Positions 35,970 to 49,749 are shown, counted from the stretch's first letter. The stretch is 64,000 bases of DNA from Haliotis rufescens (GCF_023055435.1 NW_025963890.1:34534001-34598000); one strand, 5' to 3'. Numbers and translations are program-made. The notes: generated from the letters alone by a model not told the origin.

Positions 35970-38262
35970 ATGTCCTGGTGTTGCGCTGTGTTGGTGTTGG
36001 CTGCCGTTGTTGGTAAGTAGTTTCATGTCATTGTATACATTGATAAAATATATATCAGTCGATGTTTATCAGAACACATTATTGTCCAAGACGAATCACA
36101 AATTCAAAGTCATGTCTGATTTAATTCTTGTATGTGGACTGACTGTGTCTACTCGTTCATTTCAAATGTTATCAGGCCCTGTTTCTCCACTGTTAAGGAG
36201 TGAGTGAGTATGGTTTTACGCCGCTTTTAGCAATATTCCAGCAATATCACGGCGGGGGACACCAGAAATGGGCTTCACACATTGTACCCATGTCGGGAAT
36301 CGAACCCGGGTCTTCGGCGTGACGAGCGAACGCTTTAACCACTAGGCTACCCGACCGCCCCCCACTGTTAAGGAAGAAACGTACATTGTATGTAGCAATA
36401 GTTTACACGTCGTTTTAAGATTAAGATGATTCAACAATTTTATGAGATAAGATAGCTCAATATGCACGTGAACACATTTAACTGGTATCAGACATTTATG
36501 GAATACGTCTGTTTATGTTTTTAAAAGGAATTATCTCATTTTCAGAGACGTCTCAATACAGCAGTCACTGCTTAAGATCAACCGAACCCAAGCCGTGTAT
36601 GTACTGTGTGAGGGGGTGGTTTGGCGAGGACTGTAGCCGAAATTGTCCATCATGTGACAATTCTGGTTGTGACAGAAATACAGGCATATGCGTCAACTGT
36701 GCAGATGGGTTATACTCAGAAAGCTGTTCCTTGAAATGCCCAGATAACTGCAAGACGAGAAATGACAGCCAGGTTCGCTGTGAAAGGATTACAGGACATT
36801 GTATGGAAGACTGTAAATCTGGATGGTGGGGAGACAAGTGCAACAAGCGTTGTAGTGACAACTGTCTCCGTTCAGACTGTTTCTTCTATGATGGTTCGTG
36901 CGCTTGGGGCTGCAAGGATGGTTGGACGGGAAGCATGTGCACTGACAACTGTCCAGAAGAATGCTCCTTGAACAAATGCTCCCAACGTGGAAAATGTACT
37001 ATTGGGTGTAAGAAAGGTTTCTACGGAGAAACATGTGACAATAAATGCAGTGACACGTGTAGGAATAACAACTGCTACTTTGACAACATCATCCATTACA
37101 CGGTATGCCGAGATGGATGTAGCGATGGGTGGAAGGCAGCTTACTGTAATGAATCTTGTTCTACCGGTTGTAGAAAATGTAATCAACATAATGGTGAATG
37201 TTCCCTATGCATGGTTGGTCGCTGGGGTGTACAGTGTGAGAAACGCTGTTCAACCTGCAGCAACTCACTCTGTGATATCACTGGGGAGTGCACAGAAGGC
37301 TGTCAGAGTGGTTATCATGGACACATGTGTGACCGAGTATGTCAACCCGACTGCCTTGAGTGTCGCAAAAACGATAGCGAGTGCCTCGTATACAAACCTG
37401 GGAAGACGGATGAAAGTATTGATACTATTCTGGAAGATCTGGGTGAAAACCCCAATGATAGAGGTATGCAGGTACATCCACAGAATAGCGATACATTGAT
37501 CCAATTAACTGAGATATCCCCAATCCAGGACAAGTAAAACATTCCAGATAACATTCTATTAGTTTTGTTTGAATTTTCTTCTGTCAAAGATACATTGTGT
37601 CTTTATTTGTGAGTTGAAAAATAAAGAACAAATATAGACCTATTATGATATAAATACTCGACAACAAGTATCATTCCCCTCCATCTTACATACATCTATG
37701 CCACATAAAATTTATTTATTTTTATGGTCTCTGGAGCATGCATAATGACAGAACGTGTATAGGCATTTTAACCTGTATATACTTATGTATCTTTCAGGCG
37801 ACGCTCACGTCCTGAGGATAGCAATACCGGTCTCCGTCGCAGTGGCATTTGTTGTCTTCATAATTGTATTCATTGCCATCTGCAGGTAATGCTATAAAGA
37901 ATTATATCCTTTGTGAACTTTCACCATTCTTGCCAAGGGAAAAGTGTATAGTGTCTCGTACTGACGATCTTTAATGTTTTAATCTGTAGGCAGTGCCGAA
38001 AGCAGGGTAGATGATGTGTATTTAAGTAAAATCAATTTTTTAGAGTAATGTGTGGTTTCGGGGATAATTCATGAATCTATTAAATGTGGGTGTACATGAT
38101 GTCTTATGTGCTACAATATGTTGCAGGTGGAGAAAACTACATAAACGTGGGCATGTTGAGGAACAGCGTGTTACAGAGACACTCTCGGACTCTGAGACAG
38201 AGTCGTTTGTTACCCCCGAGACACAAGTCAAACGAAAGGCAACATCCCTGGAGATGTTGTAG
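35970..38262 (+). CDS. G6: multiple EGF-like domain type I membrane protein with short Tyr-free tail, about 394 aa
   Basis: Exons 35970-36012 (signal MSWCCAVLVLAAVV), 36546-37463 (EGF-like repeats), 37798-37885 (TM IAIPVSVAVAFVVFIIVFIAIC), 38127-38262 (RWRKLHKR...SLEML*). 1185 nt in frame. Confidence 0.88.
36200..36361 (-). mobile_element. tRNA-derived SINE family B in G6 intron 1
   Basis: Intact A and B boxes; perfect 13-bp TSD CCACTGTTAAGGA at 36187-36199 and 36362-36374, suggesting a young insertion. Confidence 0.93.
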
Positions 38263-41200
38263 ACGTCGGACGATACAAGCTAATGGCGTCCACTACTCTA
38301 CGTAGCTCTAATATCATTGGTGACGCCATCCCAAGGATTCCCCATGCGGTATCTAAAAGCACCAGTTTGTCTCTGAAATGACGAATAATGTGAAGTACCA
38401 CTTGCATAATGTTTGAAATTCCTAAAAAAAAGTTAAGCCCACGAAAATTAGAAAGTATTGTTTGGGAAAATGCAAAATAATTTGCTTAAAATTAATTATT
38501 CACATCACGTACCTTATTTTAGTTTCATACATTATCTTTTCCAAGAAATATTTTCAAATTTCCATAAGCGGAATTGATTACTCAATCACATCTCAAAGAA
38601 GAACTAAAATATAAAAAGTAGATTTAATCATCTAAAGCCTCCACAGGAGATATATTTGACATCGCTAATCTCTATACCACTGAAGCCTGGTTACACTTAC
38701 ACGTTGGTTATTGCTGTCTGCAAACTGAAATTTTTGGAAGAATGATGTTGGGTGATAATCTTGCTGTGAAATATATCAATACTCGTCGATAAAAAATTAT
38801 AAACTCCTGGGCAAGCCTCGTGGTTTTAAACTTAAGTCGACTCGTGTTGATATCAAAGACAGAGGGGTGCGATTCTCTATACACCTCATCGTAACACCTT
38901 GAACATATATATTGTTGTCGCGGGTCTTATTTGGCACCAGTTCAGGGTTGGGGTTTGTCATTTTGACCCACCTAGATTTTAGATTATGGAATTTCTTAAT
39001 AAAAACTTCAGTTGTAAGAAAATGTTGGTGCATACATAACTTGTTGTAGCCGCTACATAAATTTTGGTTTCGTGACTAATGTGCTAATGTGTTTTGTCAA
39101 TATCACACATCCAATTTCGATGTCTGTCGGTTCAAGGGAGGCAACTCCTTTCGTGATAATAACCAGTAATCACACCCATTAACGTTCGTCAGATGTTCAT
39201 GATCAATGTTGTGTGCGATTTGTGAAATACATCTACTGAATACGTGCCCGTACGTGTAGTTTATGTATAGTGTGTAGCAGATCGACACCTACCGGATCAA
39301 TATGTTTAGAATGATAGCCTCACGTATCTATATGGCTCGTAAACATACAAGTGTAGTTGGATTTCAAATTTCTATTTTTGATATCATATATTACCAAAAC
39401 AATATTTCACGAAATTATGCTTTGCTCAACACCAGGAGAACACTGACAACACTGAATAGAATTATGCATGCTTTCATTGTTCATGTATTGAATACCATAT
39501 TGGTATGTTTGTGTATGGCATGGCACTGGTAACATGTACACTGACGCCAACCTCGCTTGACCTTCTATAATACTGCCAATCAGGCTGTCAGTGCATATAA
39601 TGCATGAAGTATAGACACGTTTTGTATCATCTTATAAACAATAAACATATGTGTCTTGTCTGTTTCAACCAACGTGCGTGTGGAGACTTTTAAATGTTGT
39701 TTTTTTTGCAATTCGAGAGCTCATCTATCTACTTAGAAAGTTTATCAAACCGTATGTACACAGAGTGGCTAATGTACCTATAATATATATTCCACATACC
39801 TACAACATATGCTTTGAGCCTAACCCATGTAATATAAAAACACGAACAGATAATACTATATTTTCGTCATATGTCCTTCATTTGCAATTTGAATGCCTTG
39901 TACAATAATCACGTGGTATCATTGACATTGTATTTGTGAATTGTGGAATCCAGGTGGTAATGTGGGTGCATAAAGAATAGTACGCACATATCGATAGTCC
40001 AATCAGAGAACGTTTCACAAAATCAACATCCCGGGTTCCGAAAATATATTTTATATATTTGAGTGCACAATTCATTGTTTTCGAACGACTCAACATTTAT
40101 CGCAGTGACTGAGATGCAGTGCTCTTTCAAGACGACCCCTGCTGACCCCTGCGATGTGCAGCTTTACCTGATACAATGTAGTCTGTATTCCAATATTATT
40201 TCAAAAGCGAAATCTAATACGTATATTTACTTTGGTAATCTGTCATTTTGTGTGTCTGTCAGGTATGACATCTCGAATATATTTTCGTTATCTGATCAAC
40301 CAGGTCGTCTTAGTGAAGACATTCGAAATAAGAACAGCGATCTGACCGGATATCGCGTTTTCATCACAATGGACATAACTCGTATTCTTCACGGGGTGGC
40401 AGGCTGGCGCCAAGACAAGTAAGGGTAGAAACTAGGGCGTTAATATAGGCTAGTGGACACTCTTTGCTCAGGAAGATAAGTACCAAGTAGGTATGGCCAC
40501 TATGGTTTAAGCTTCAGTTAAATTCCATCTCTCTGAATTATGAGGTAGATATCCTCGTTTACTTCATTCATTTTAGTTCCACGTTATTGGATCAATCTAA
40601 GTAGAGTATCAGGGCCTGAAACACTATTCGGATAAAGCATTTCACAAGCCAAGTGATCTGAGCTCTGTCTTTTTATATAACATATTGCAGTGTTTTGAAA
40701 TCACAACTTGGCAGGGTCAATGGCTCGTCAGCGCTTAAATGGTCATTGTATTTTAAAGCAATCAACCAGGTCAAGTATTGCTAGTGACGTGTATTGTGAA
40801 ATGTAACTGAACCATAACCCAAATAACATCTTCTGAAACATGTCCATATTCATGTAACTCTCTATCAAAAGCAGCTTCGGCCGTACGATTCCGAATATAT
40901 CATGAGCATGCGTTTATCAATCACTATCAAACAGTGATGTGCCAGGTGTTCGCGAAAAAGTGAGCGTATCCTGTCCCACCGGTGGCATCCGCACAAACAC
41001 ATGCAAAGGTAAGTCAATTGTTCATCATACTTATCACGTATGCGTCAGGACAACTGTTGAGGCTCCAAGTGTAAAAAATCCGATTGTAATATATATTTGT
41101 GTATTATGTTGTTGAAATTATTTTTGTACCTCTGATGCCGCTGATAGAGGCATGAGTGTAAATAAAAGTTCAGCTCAGTTCAGGTAGCCTTGCATGCGCA

Positions 41201-42299
41201 GTGGTTGGTCTTATAATTAGCATGTGGGTACTTGTACCTATAGTTGATATAACTTTATAGCTTATAGGCTTTCTGATTTACAACAATAGAAGCTATAAAA
41301 CGTTTGGAAAATTGAACAAACACTGACATGAAAGTGTACCTTGTTACATTTGTCATTTGTATTTACTGTAACAGTATTCAATACTAAAATACAACAAATT
41401 GGTTTAAATTAGGAACATATTTGTTTATGTATCAAGTTTATTGAAGTCTCCAAGTTGAAATTAAAAGTGTGAGTGGTGTTACGTTACAGTCATAATTGTT
41501 CCAGCTATGTCACTGCGCCCCAGCTGTCTGGATCAGTTTTCGGAGAAAGGCTGATTTGACACCCCAAAGACACTGTACAAAAAATAAATTTTAGAGTCGG
41601 GTTTTCGCGATAAATCTTGAGACCTATCCCCATTTTATATCGGCTACCAGTTACAAGTAAATAAACTTCTCGACAGCAAGGGATGATATCTATTATAGTG
41701 GAGCCCCGTTAACCCGGACACAATTCCCACTGAATTCGTCCGGAGTAAACAAATATCCGGATCAACGAATCATTGTCAATGAGTATTTTCTTTTTTATTT
41801 CGAGGTTTCCTTGTATATGAAACAGACAGATTTTATAAGCATCTTGGTGACAAAGTAAGGTGTCCAGTGACAGTGGAGGGTACATGACTGATAATAGGGT
41901 TGCGAACACGAATTACCATGAGGCTTTGGGTTGTGTTGATACAGCAGTTGATATATATGTGACATGTACGGGCTTCATTACTAGTACGCTCTCTTATGAC
42001 TCCAGACAACACCCTGCTTAAGGAATTATGTAGAAATAAAGATCAACAAAGTAGCTGGAAATACTATTTATTTGATCAATAAATGATAAGAAACTTAAGA
42101 ACAAATACATCATCTTTACAATATCTTTTCAAGAATAAAAACAACAAGAACTTTTCCATAATCATAAGAAATTTCTGCTCAAAGAAGAGTACATTGTACA
42201 CAAATACGGGAAATGGTCTAAGTCAAAATAGGAAGTTGCATCGGACATTATGTTGGTTATGTTTGGAAGTTTTACTCAGGTCCTCAATGCTGTTACCGT

Positions 42300-42530
42300 G
42301 ATCAAACTTGTACTCCCGAGCAGAGATTCCAACTCATGCGAACAAAAGAAAGAGATGAGCAAGGGTGGGAGGAGCATAACTGTTGCGCAGGGGGATGCCT
42401 ATATCTTGCCTAATTGCCTGTCCCCAAGTTCCACATAGATGCTATCTATGAGGAAGTCAAGCATGTTTCTTCAATAATCTTCAGATGGCATTTGATTTCA
42501 TTTTTGACATCTTGTCAGGCACCTTTTAAG
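42300..42530 (-). mobile_element. Decayed Penelope-like reverse transcriptase fragment
   Basis: Minus strand MLDFLIDSIYVELGDR, frameshift, RQDIGIPLRNSYAPPTLAHLFL resembles the FLIDNIYV...QxxGIPMGTNCAPLLADLFL region of Penelope-type RTs. Confidence 0.6.
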
Positions 42531-42877
42531 ATACAGATGTAACTATATCTATGGTCACCTCGTTTAGTGACCAATGACCCATGGATCGAAGAATGACGTT
42601 TGTCGTGTGGGCTAGTTGTGTACAGAGAGAAAATTAAATGTTTTGACAAACTCTAACTTGGTTCTTTGTTTAGCTTACAAATGAGCCAAGCAAATACTTT
42701 TGAGTTTTTGAGAATTACTAACCTCTTTTCTATCTCCTGTCCCTCTTAAACCCCATGGCAAGCAAGGGGTCATTTGTAAATAAACATTTACAGTGGGTAA
42801 TAACACTAATACATTCATGGCAGGCAATAGATATTGCAACTGACTAAACAATCACCCTAATTAGTTGCGTATCTAGT

Positions 42878-44682
42878 TTACTGTTTAAAATTCAAACTGA
42901 AAACAACTACTGTAACCACAACCAGTGCATCATCCCCAGGCCTGCATGATCCACCTGCAAGAGAATATTTGTATTGCATTAATGCATTTGTATGTACATG
43001 AATATGTTTATGATGATGTGCCGAAGTACAAACACAAAAGTCTTTTTAAAACAAAAACTGATACAATTGATGGAAAGCACTATCCACTGTTATATTGTGT
43101 TACATGACTTTCATGAAAAATGTGAATGAAAACTAACTTCAAAGAATGTCTAAAAAATAACTAACGTTGACTTTCTTATGCAAAGAGGTTTTTGACTGAA
43201 TGTGCTAGTTGCTTACTTGTATTTACGTCGTCCTCATCTGGACACTCCTGAGAGTCATGTGTGATGGGCAGACATTTGACGTCGCATTTATCTTTACATC
43301 GACATGGCTCATGCGTCTCAAGGCATCCGTCACAAGCAGTGCCACAGCGGTTCTCACAGTTGTCTTCATGGTAACCGAGTTGGCAACTCCTGCATTTTCC
43401 ATCTCTATCACATGTCTTCCTGGAACACTTGGCACTACATGTTCTAGAGCAGTCAGTTCCCCAGTAGCCTTGCTTGCACCTGGAACATTCCCCAGTCTCT
43501 TGAGAACATGCCTCACAGTTACCAGGACACTTCAGCTTACAGTCGAGTGACATCCAGCCATCCACACAGCCCTGTCTGCAGACTGTAGACTTCATACTGT
43601 GGTCATAGAAACAGTCCTGGTCTCTACAGTGTCTGTTACACTGCTTATTGCAGTGATGTCCGTGAACACCGTGTTTACAACCTCGGGTACACTTATGGCT
43701 CCCGTATTGTTCACATGTTTCACCGTGACATCCCCCTGGACACCTGGTGTCACAACTGTCACCGGCCCAACCGTTCCTGCAGCCTCTAGCACATGAGCCG
43801 TCCCAGCCGTAGCATGAGTTGTTTTCACATCCATCACTGCACTTGTTTTCACACTTCTTTCCCCACCAACCGTCTTGACAGTTTTCCAGACAGTTTCCCG
43901 TCTTCCGGTTACAGTAGGGCTTGTCACCATGACTGTATCTACAGTTGGGAGGACATGTCTCTGTACACGTGGTGGCATGGTACCCAGCCCCACACTGTTT
44001 ACATCTCCCTGTGTCCTTGTCACAGCCGCCGACGTCGCAGAAGCCGGAACATTTGTAGCTGCAACTGTCACCATGCCAGCCTCTCTTGCAGTCAGCGCAA
44101 CGACCGTCGTCTGATGGCCAGAAACAGTTGGAATCAGTTGACGAATGATGTATAAAGAATACTGAAACAGATATAATATTGTTCATATTGGTTGGATGCC
44201 TAGATTATGTTTTGTCAAAATGGCCTTGAGGTGGTAACTAGAAATACTTTTATTACATATTAAGGACATTTCGATGCATTGTACTCGTATCGTCACTGGG
44301 TCAAATGTATCATGGACACACGTACATAATACAAACCAATTACAATAATAGAATATCATATTGCAATAAGTGTAACATTAAAATATGAATCCATAGATTT
44401 ACGCATATCTAAAACAAAACCACGAATAAATAAAAATATTGCGTTTCCTATGCTTTTAAAATTTCATGGTGACTCACTGCAGATAAACTTCAATCAGTGA
44501 GCAAGTCTAGATCTCGCCTGACAACCATCCTGGCAAGAAAGACGGACAATGTATCAATCATTTAAAACTTAATGGAATTATTTCATGCATGACTTTAAAG
44601 AAACGTACTACACTTGTTTCAAGTGTCATTGACAGTTTTTGCACTTACACAGTACCGGCAGTGGGCTTCTCGTCACGTCCAT
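42878..44682 (-). CDS. G7: multiple EGF-like domain protein, putatively GPI-anchored, about 351 aa
   Basis: Exons on -: 44682-44649 (MDVTRSPLPVL), 44161-43217 (LFFIHHSST followed by EGF-like repeats), 42954-42878 (SGSCRPGDDALVVVTVVVFSLNFKQ*). 1056 nt in frame. First exon is the least certain. Confidence 0.82.
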
Positions 44683-46399
44683 CTTGATACAAGCATTTAC
44701 TGAAACGGAACATATGGAATATAATAGACACCTTACCATCACAAATAGATCAACCACATCGAGGAATATTGCTCACGGGAATTAGCTTGAGGAAACTCCA
44801 TATCGTTGATGCAAAATATCTCAATATCTACCGTCTACCCATATACAGCGAATACTACACTCATTCTCGTTAGATACCATTTTTACGAAACGAGTGGACT
44901 TTCTATGGTATCTGACCGAGCGAAAGTTCACGACTTCGAGCGAAGGTCACCGACGGAATAAGAAAGACAACCGTGATAAACTCAGCGTTTGACGCTAGAG
45001 ATAGGTAATGTTATTGTTCATATTTTGGGATATTTTTGGCCACATAATCAGAAGTCAGGCACACTTCGGAGTTTTCGAATGATTTGTATCGGAAATGTTC
45101 ACTTTAAGTGATCTGGTCGTGCAGTCGTGAACAAACAACTCCCGAAACGGTGCCACAAAATACGCTTCGAAGGGGACACTGGTGACACAACCGCATCATC
45201 CCAAATAAGCCTAGATATCGGACCAGATAGTTTAAGTTTACTTCATTTTACCACGCTTATCCTTTTACGTTAAATCAAATTGAAAGTTGCGAAAGTGGTC
45301 GGCTGCGTCACGCTTATGGGGACCCTCGATCTATTAATCGGTAGTCGTACATTGTAAATGGATATAGCTCGAATATATAATGTCTGTAGAAGCTCTATGC
45401 ATAACGTATTTAGAATGCAAACCGAATTTGATACGTGTGGCCATCTTGTTTGGTTTAATGAAGTGTTTGTAAATATCTCTCGCTCTCACGAGATTGCTTC
45501 AGTTCTGCCTTGTAGTTGCAAAATGAATGACGTCTCGCGATTTTTTATAAATGAAAAAAGTAGTCCCAGTGTGACAGGTCACGGTTATCCAATCAAAACG
45601 AATAAAAAAAGGTCAACTTTGTACGACCACCTGTATCTTCACCACATGGGTAATCAATCCACATAGCAAACATTATCGGTTTTACGTGCATATCCATTTG
45701 AACTGTCAGTTCCCTGAGATGCTGCGTTTCAGGAGACACAATAGAAGGTTCTCAATTCACACCTCCATTAGATCCTTGCTGATATTCAAGTATCTTGCCC
45801 AAAGAAACATCATACGTAAATTACCTGTGTTTCAGTTTGGGACAGACAGAAGCCCTCGATGGGGCTCAAAGGGGCCAAAAGTCCAGGGGTCAAGTTTGCC
45901 GATCGCTGCCAATCACCCACTACTCTCCGCCGCCAATGTGCTTAACTTTAATTGATTAACTCACTGTAAAAGCAACAGCAGCAGATGGACTGGCTTGTAC
46001 TGGAATGTGTAGATACTAGTATTAGTCATTTTTTCATGTATTGATGAAACATGTAATACATACACTATTCAACAATTGTCACATAATTCTCGTGTTCCGA
46101 ATATATATCCTCGCCGTAATTTATCGCTTGCCGAATATTCGCTCTTGGTTCACACAACTTCTCTTTACATCTCTATCTACATGAATATACCATTGGAAAT
46201 GGGTCCGCGATGTATTATGTCTGTGTAAGGTGCTACTAGGTGATCAGGTCGTTTCAATGTGTGTGCTGGCTGAATGTGTGGGGTCGTACGATGATATAAA
46301 GCTGATCTTAACAATTAGATAGTATATTTCGACCGTTATTTGGTTGCACATGATTACTATTGATTACTTAAATATACGTGTCAAATCGTATGGGAATGT

Positions 46400-48640
46400 G
46401 AAACTATTTAAGAAGGGTAACACCATCGTCGTTGTGTTGATTTTGGGATCGAGGTGAAGATGTGGACGATTATGAATTGTACCTTCAGTGGTAATAATTG
46501 ACATCGCGAGTGGTTATCAAGCCCAGTATGGTATGGTGTTTTATCTATTCCTGGTCTGATTCAAAGAAGGTTTTATAATTCTTTAATAATGTCTTCAGTG
46601 TTTCTTCAGTGCATTTCTTTAATCGTCAAACATTTCATCACCTGATAGTACTTTTCTGTTGTAATTTCATCGTAATTTGTTGTTAACGATTTTCATATAT
46701 GCATAAGATATTCATAAGATATACTTATATAACTACTAACACCCTAGACGCTCATTCGGTTGTTCACAGTCGATTTAATTGGTTAAGAAACCCTTAACAG
46801 CCTTTAGCTGTATTCTTGCCACTGAGACATAATTCAAAGTGTATTACTTTTATATAATACCCTTACACTTCTCTGTATATTTATATTCATAACAAATGTC
46901 AGCTGTCGTGTTTGTTCAAAGTAGCAGTGGTAGTCACTCGACGTGTTTTATCTCCTTAGCTATTGTATCAGTTTGACACCTGTAAGCGTATTTTGTATGA
47001 GTCACTGTGTTTGCATGACTTGTTCATGTAGCAGAATGACTAAGCACATCGTGTGAAGCTTTTGAAGATTCATTTATGTATTACATTCAGAATTTCACGC
47101 ACTCGTGTGGATCCCGGGTAAGAAGAAAGGTCCCCACCCACCTATACTTGTCGTAAGAGGCGATTAAATTGATCAGTGACTTGGCTGAAAGCATGATAAT
47201 CGCATCTCCATTGCGTGGGTCTATGATCATGGTACCAATCACTGGATTGTCGAAACCATACTGGATATTAACAGACCGCCGTAATATAGCTGGAATATTG
47301 CCGAGTGCGGTGTTAAACAACAAACAAACGACGTTCATACTAAACCTTATACTGGAAGAAAATAATTGTAAATATAGTTCTAAGCATGTGTCCATATAGC
47401 TATTTGAACACAAACTATAAAGTTATCACGTCTATAACTCAGAATTGTATTCATATCGATCGGTTTATCTTTTGACAAACATAGTTTGTAATCATCATTT
47501 CAAAGTGGGAAAGTAGCCACTGGCAATGTCCCAAACTGAGAGATATCCATTACATACTCTTATTTCTACAAGAACAATATGTGAGAAATGTGGTTTTTTT
47601 ATACACCATCAATGTGCATAGACTCACTGCTTGTAACGTCTCAGAGAACTATGACAGACCATTTTCTCAGGAAACAATTCTCTGGGTATTATGATGGAAC
47701 GACATATGCTCACTTATCCTCGCGAACTTGATGAGTTGTTTGCGTTGGGATGTACAAATATACTGAACATTGTGATCAAGCATCACTTTTTCAATTTCTC
47801 AAACAAAAGAATCACCAGTGCAGTGAGACGAACAGTGTGCTCAGCGATGTCATAGACGTTAATAATAGCGTCGGCCAAAAAGGATCTACCGTTGTGGGAG
47901 TCCATCTGTACAGAATCGTCAACACACCAAGCCATTTCACTGTGTTTTATATACCAACCGTTAAAAATGATGCCAACGGCGGCAATATTTCAGGTAAATG
48001 TCTCGATTGTATAAACACAGCCCTAGACGATAATTACAAATTGCCAACCTATACTTTCTTTTGCAGCTTAGTTTATAATAATCTAGGAAATTATTTTTAC
48101 CATGCGTTACACTCGTTTACGATGAAATGAAGCATATGGATAAGACAGCGAATAATTAGCTCAAAACATTTAGAACAAACTTATGTCAACCAGAATATCG
48201 ACTTATTTTATTACGATGACGGTGTCAATATTAGTTTCCTTGAAAACATTATTAGAAGCAACTCTGAGAAGCTTATAGATTTTGGGTGTTTTCGGAACAG
48301 TGTGAAGTTACTAAACGGGCCATGAATATGCCAAGTCAATACATATTGATACATATTATCGTTGGAAGGGTACGTAACTGAACAAAATTAATAAATATAC
48401 AGGAAATAGTGAAATGTGTAACTCACCGCCTTAATTAAGGAAGTACCGCAAGTCACCTGCACTTTCATAAATTGAAAACTTCCATGGCAGATGATACTTA
48501 GTCTGGCGTATCTCCCGAAACAGATTCCATTGGGCCGTTAGAGGCAAAATAGTGATGAAAGTTATATGAATCGATCACTGAAAATCAGGGATGACACCGG
48601 GTATCACGATAAGGGTAAACATGTCCTGCTTTACCGGCAG
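46400..48640. repeat. Intergenic block duplicated at about 54360-57110
   Basis: Colinear matches 46425-46620 with 54370-54560, 47860-48000 with 55295-55430, and 48518-48638 with 56282-56356 plus 57064-57110. Confidence 0.8.
47105..47330 (+). mobile_element. SINE family C, diverged
   Basis: CTTGTCGTAAGAGGCGATTAA ... GCTGGAATATTGCCGAGTGCGG-(AAAC)n; a more decayed counterpart lies at about 54970-55180 in the duplicated block. Confidence 0.75.
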
Positions 48641-49155
48641 CACGTGTTACTCACACAGTTTTCATACCAGAAGTGTGTGTTTGTTGCCTTACGCAACACC
48701 AAGGAATACTCATCTGTAAAGCATATTGCATCAGACATGTACTTTATCACATGTCCCATACAAGGTTCATGTAAAGGTTATCTCTACCGTTGATATATGA
48801 CGCAAAGCACTTACAATGATACTGCGTATATACAAATCGGTCATGGTGACTTTAACTTCGCGTTCAAGATCATTGCACTTATATGTATATAGCGACGTCA
48901 ATCGGTCATAAACAGGACAGAGGATAAACCAAATCTTGACATACGCATAGGAATATTAATTGAAATTGAAATTTGCTTGTGTACAATGTCCCATACAGAA
49001 CTATCTATGTCCATACATGAATGTGCTCACTCAACTTCGTGAACTGCATGTCACTAACGTCCCGTGGCTGGTTGTCGATTATGTACAGATAGCCTTCCTA
49101 TAGCTGGAATATTGCTGAGTGCGGCGCTAAACTAAAACGAAACAACAAAATGTCA

Positions 49156-49361
49156 NNNNNNNNNNNNNNNNNNNNNNNNNNNNNNNNNNNNNNNNNNNNN
49201 NNNNNNNNNNNNNNNNNNNNNNNNNNNNNNNNNNNNNNNNNNNNNNNNNNNNNNNNNNNNNNNNNNNNNNNNNNNNNNNNNNNNNNNNNNNNNNNNNNNN
49301 NNNNNNNNNNNNNNNNNNNNNNNNNNNNNNNNNNNNNNNNNNNNNNNNNNNNNNNNNNNNN
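49156..49361. other. Assembly gap
   Basis: Run of N. Confidence 0.99.
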
Positions 49362-49749
49362 ACTGATTCACGCAATACATGCTCTGCTTTTTGTCGACTT
49401 TCCTAATTGAGATTTAAATATCAAATTGAGTAATCACATCTTTACCTTTACTTAATTATAATTTTCAAGGGATTACAAGAACAATAATATAGCTATGAAA
49501 ATCCGTTTTTTTTAATAAAGTCACTGTTACTTCTAATTTATTATTTCTAACTTAATTGCAACAAAAATATGTCACAATATTGTATCAACACATGGAACCT
49601 TATGTCTCCTTAACTGAACTGTTGTTAAATGATAAAAACAAATGCTTGAGTCTCCGTTAGCCTATCAATGCATACCACCCCACCAATCTCCCTTATTTAT
49701 ATGTATTTTCCATTTTTTTTATTTTTTATAACAAATGTCTTAGTGTCCA

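Noticed and set aside
37464-37537. Dedicated secreted isoforms from read-through past EGF-exon donors (also G1, G3, G4, G5, G7)
   Set aside because: Short open extensions into introns are expected by chance; no transcript support.
44478-44529. Extra G7 micro-exon (good acceptor and GTGAGT donor on -)
   Set aside because: Each acceptor tried gives a stop or wrong phase; direct splicing 44649>44161 gives an open, signal-like N-terminus.
4664-44682. Assigning the symbols MEGF10, MEGF11 or SCARF1
   Set aside because: No EMI domain or NPxY seen, fewer repeats, and lineage-specific paralogy; orthology cannot be claimed without a phylogeny.
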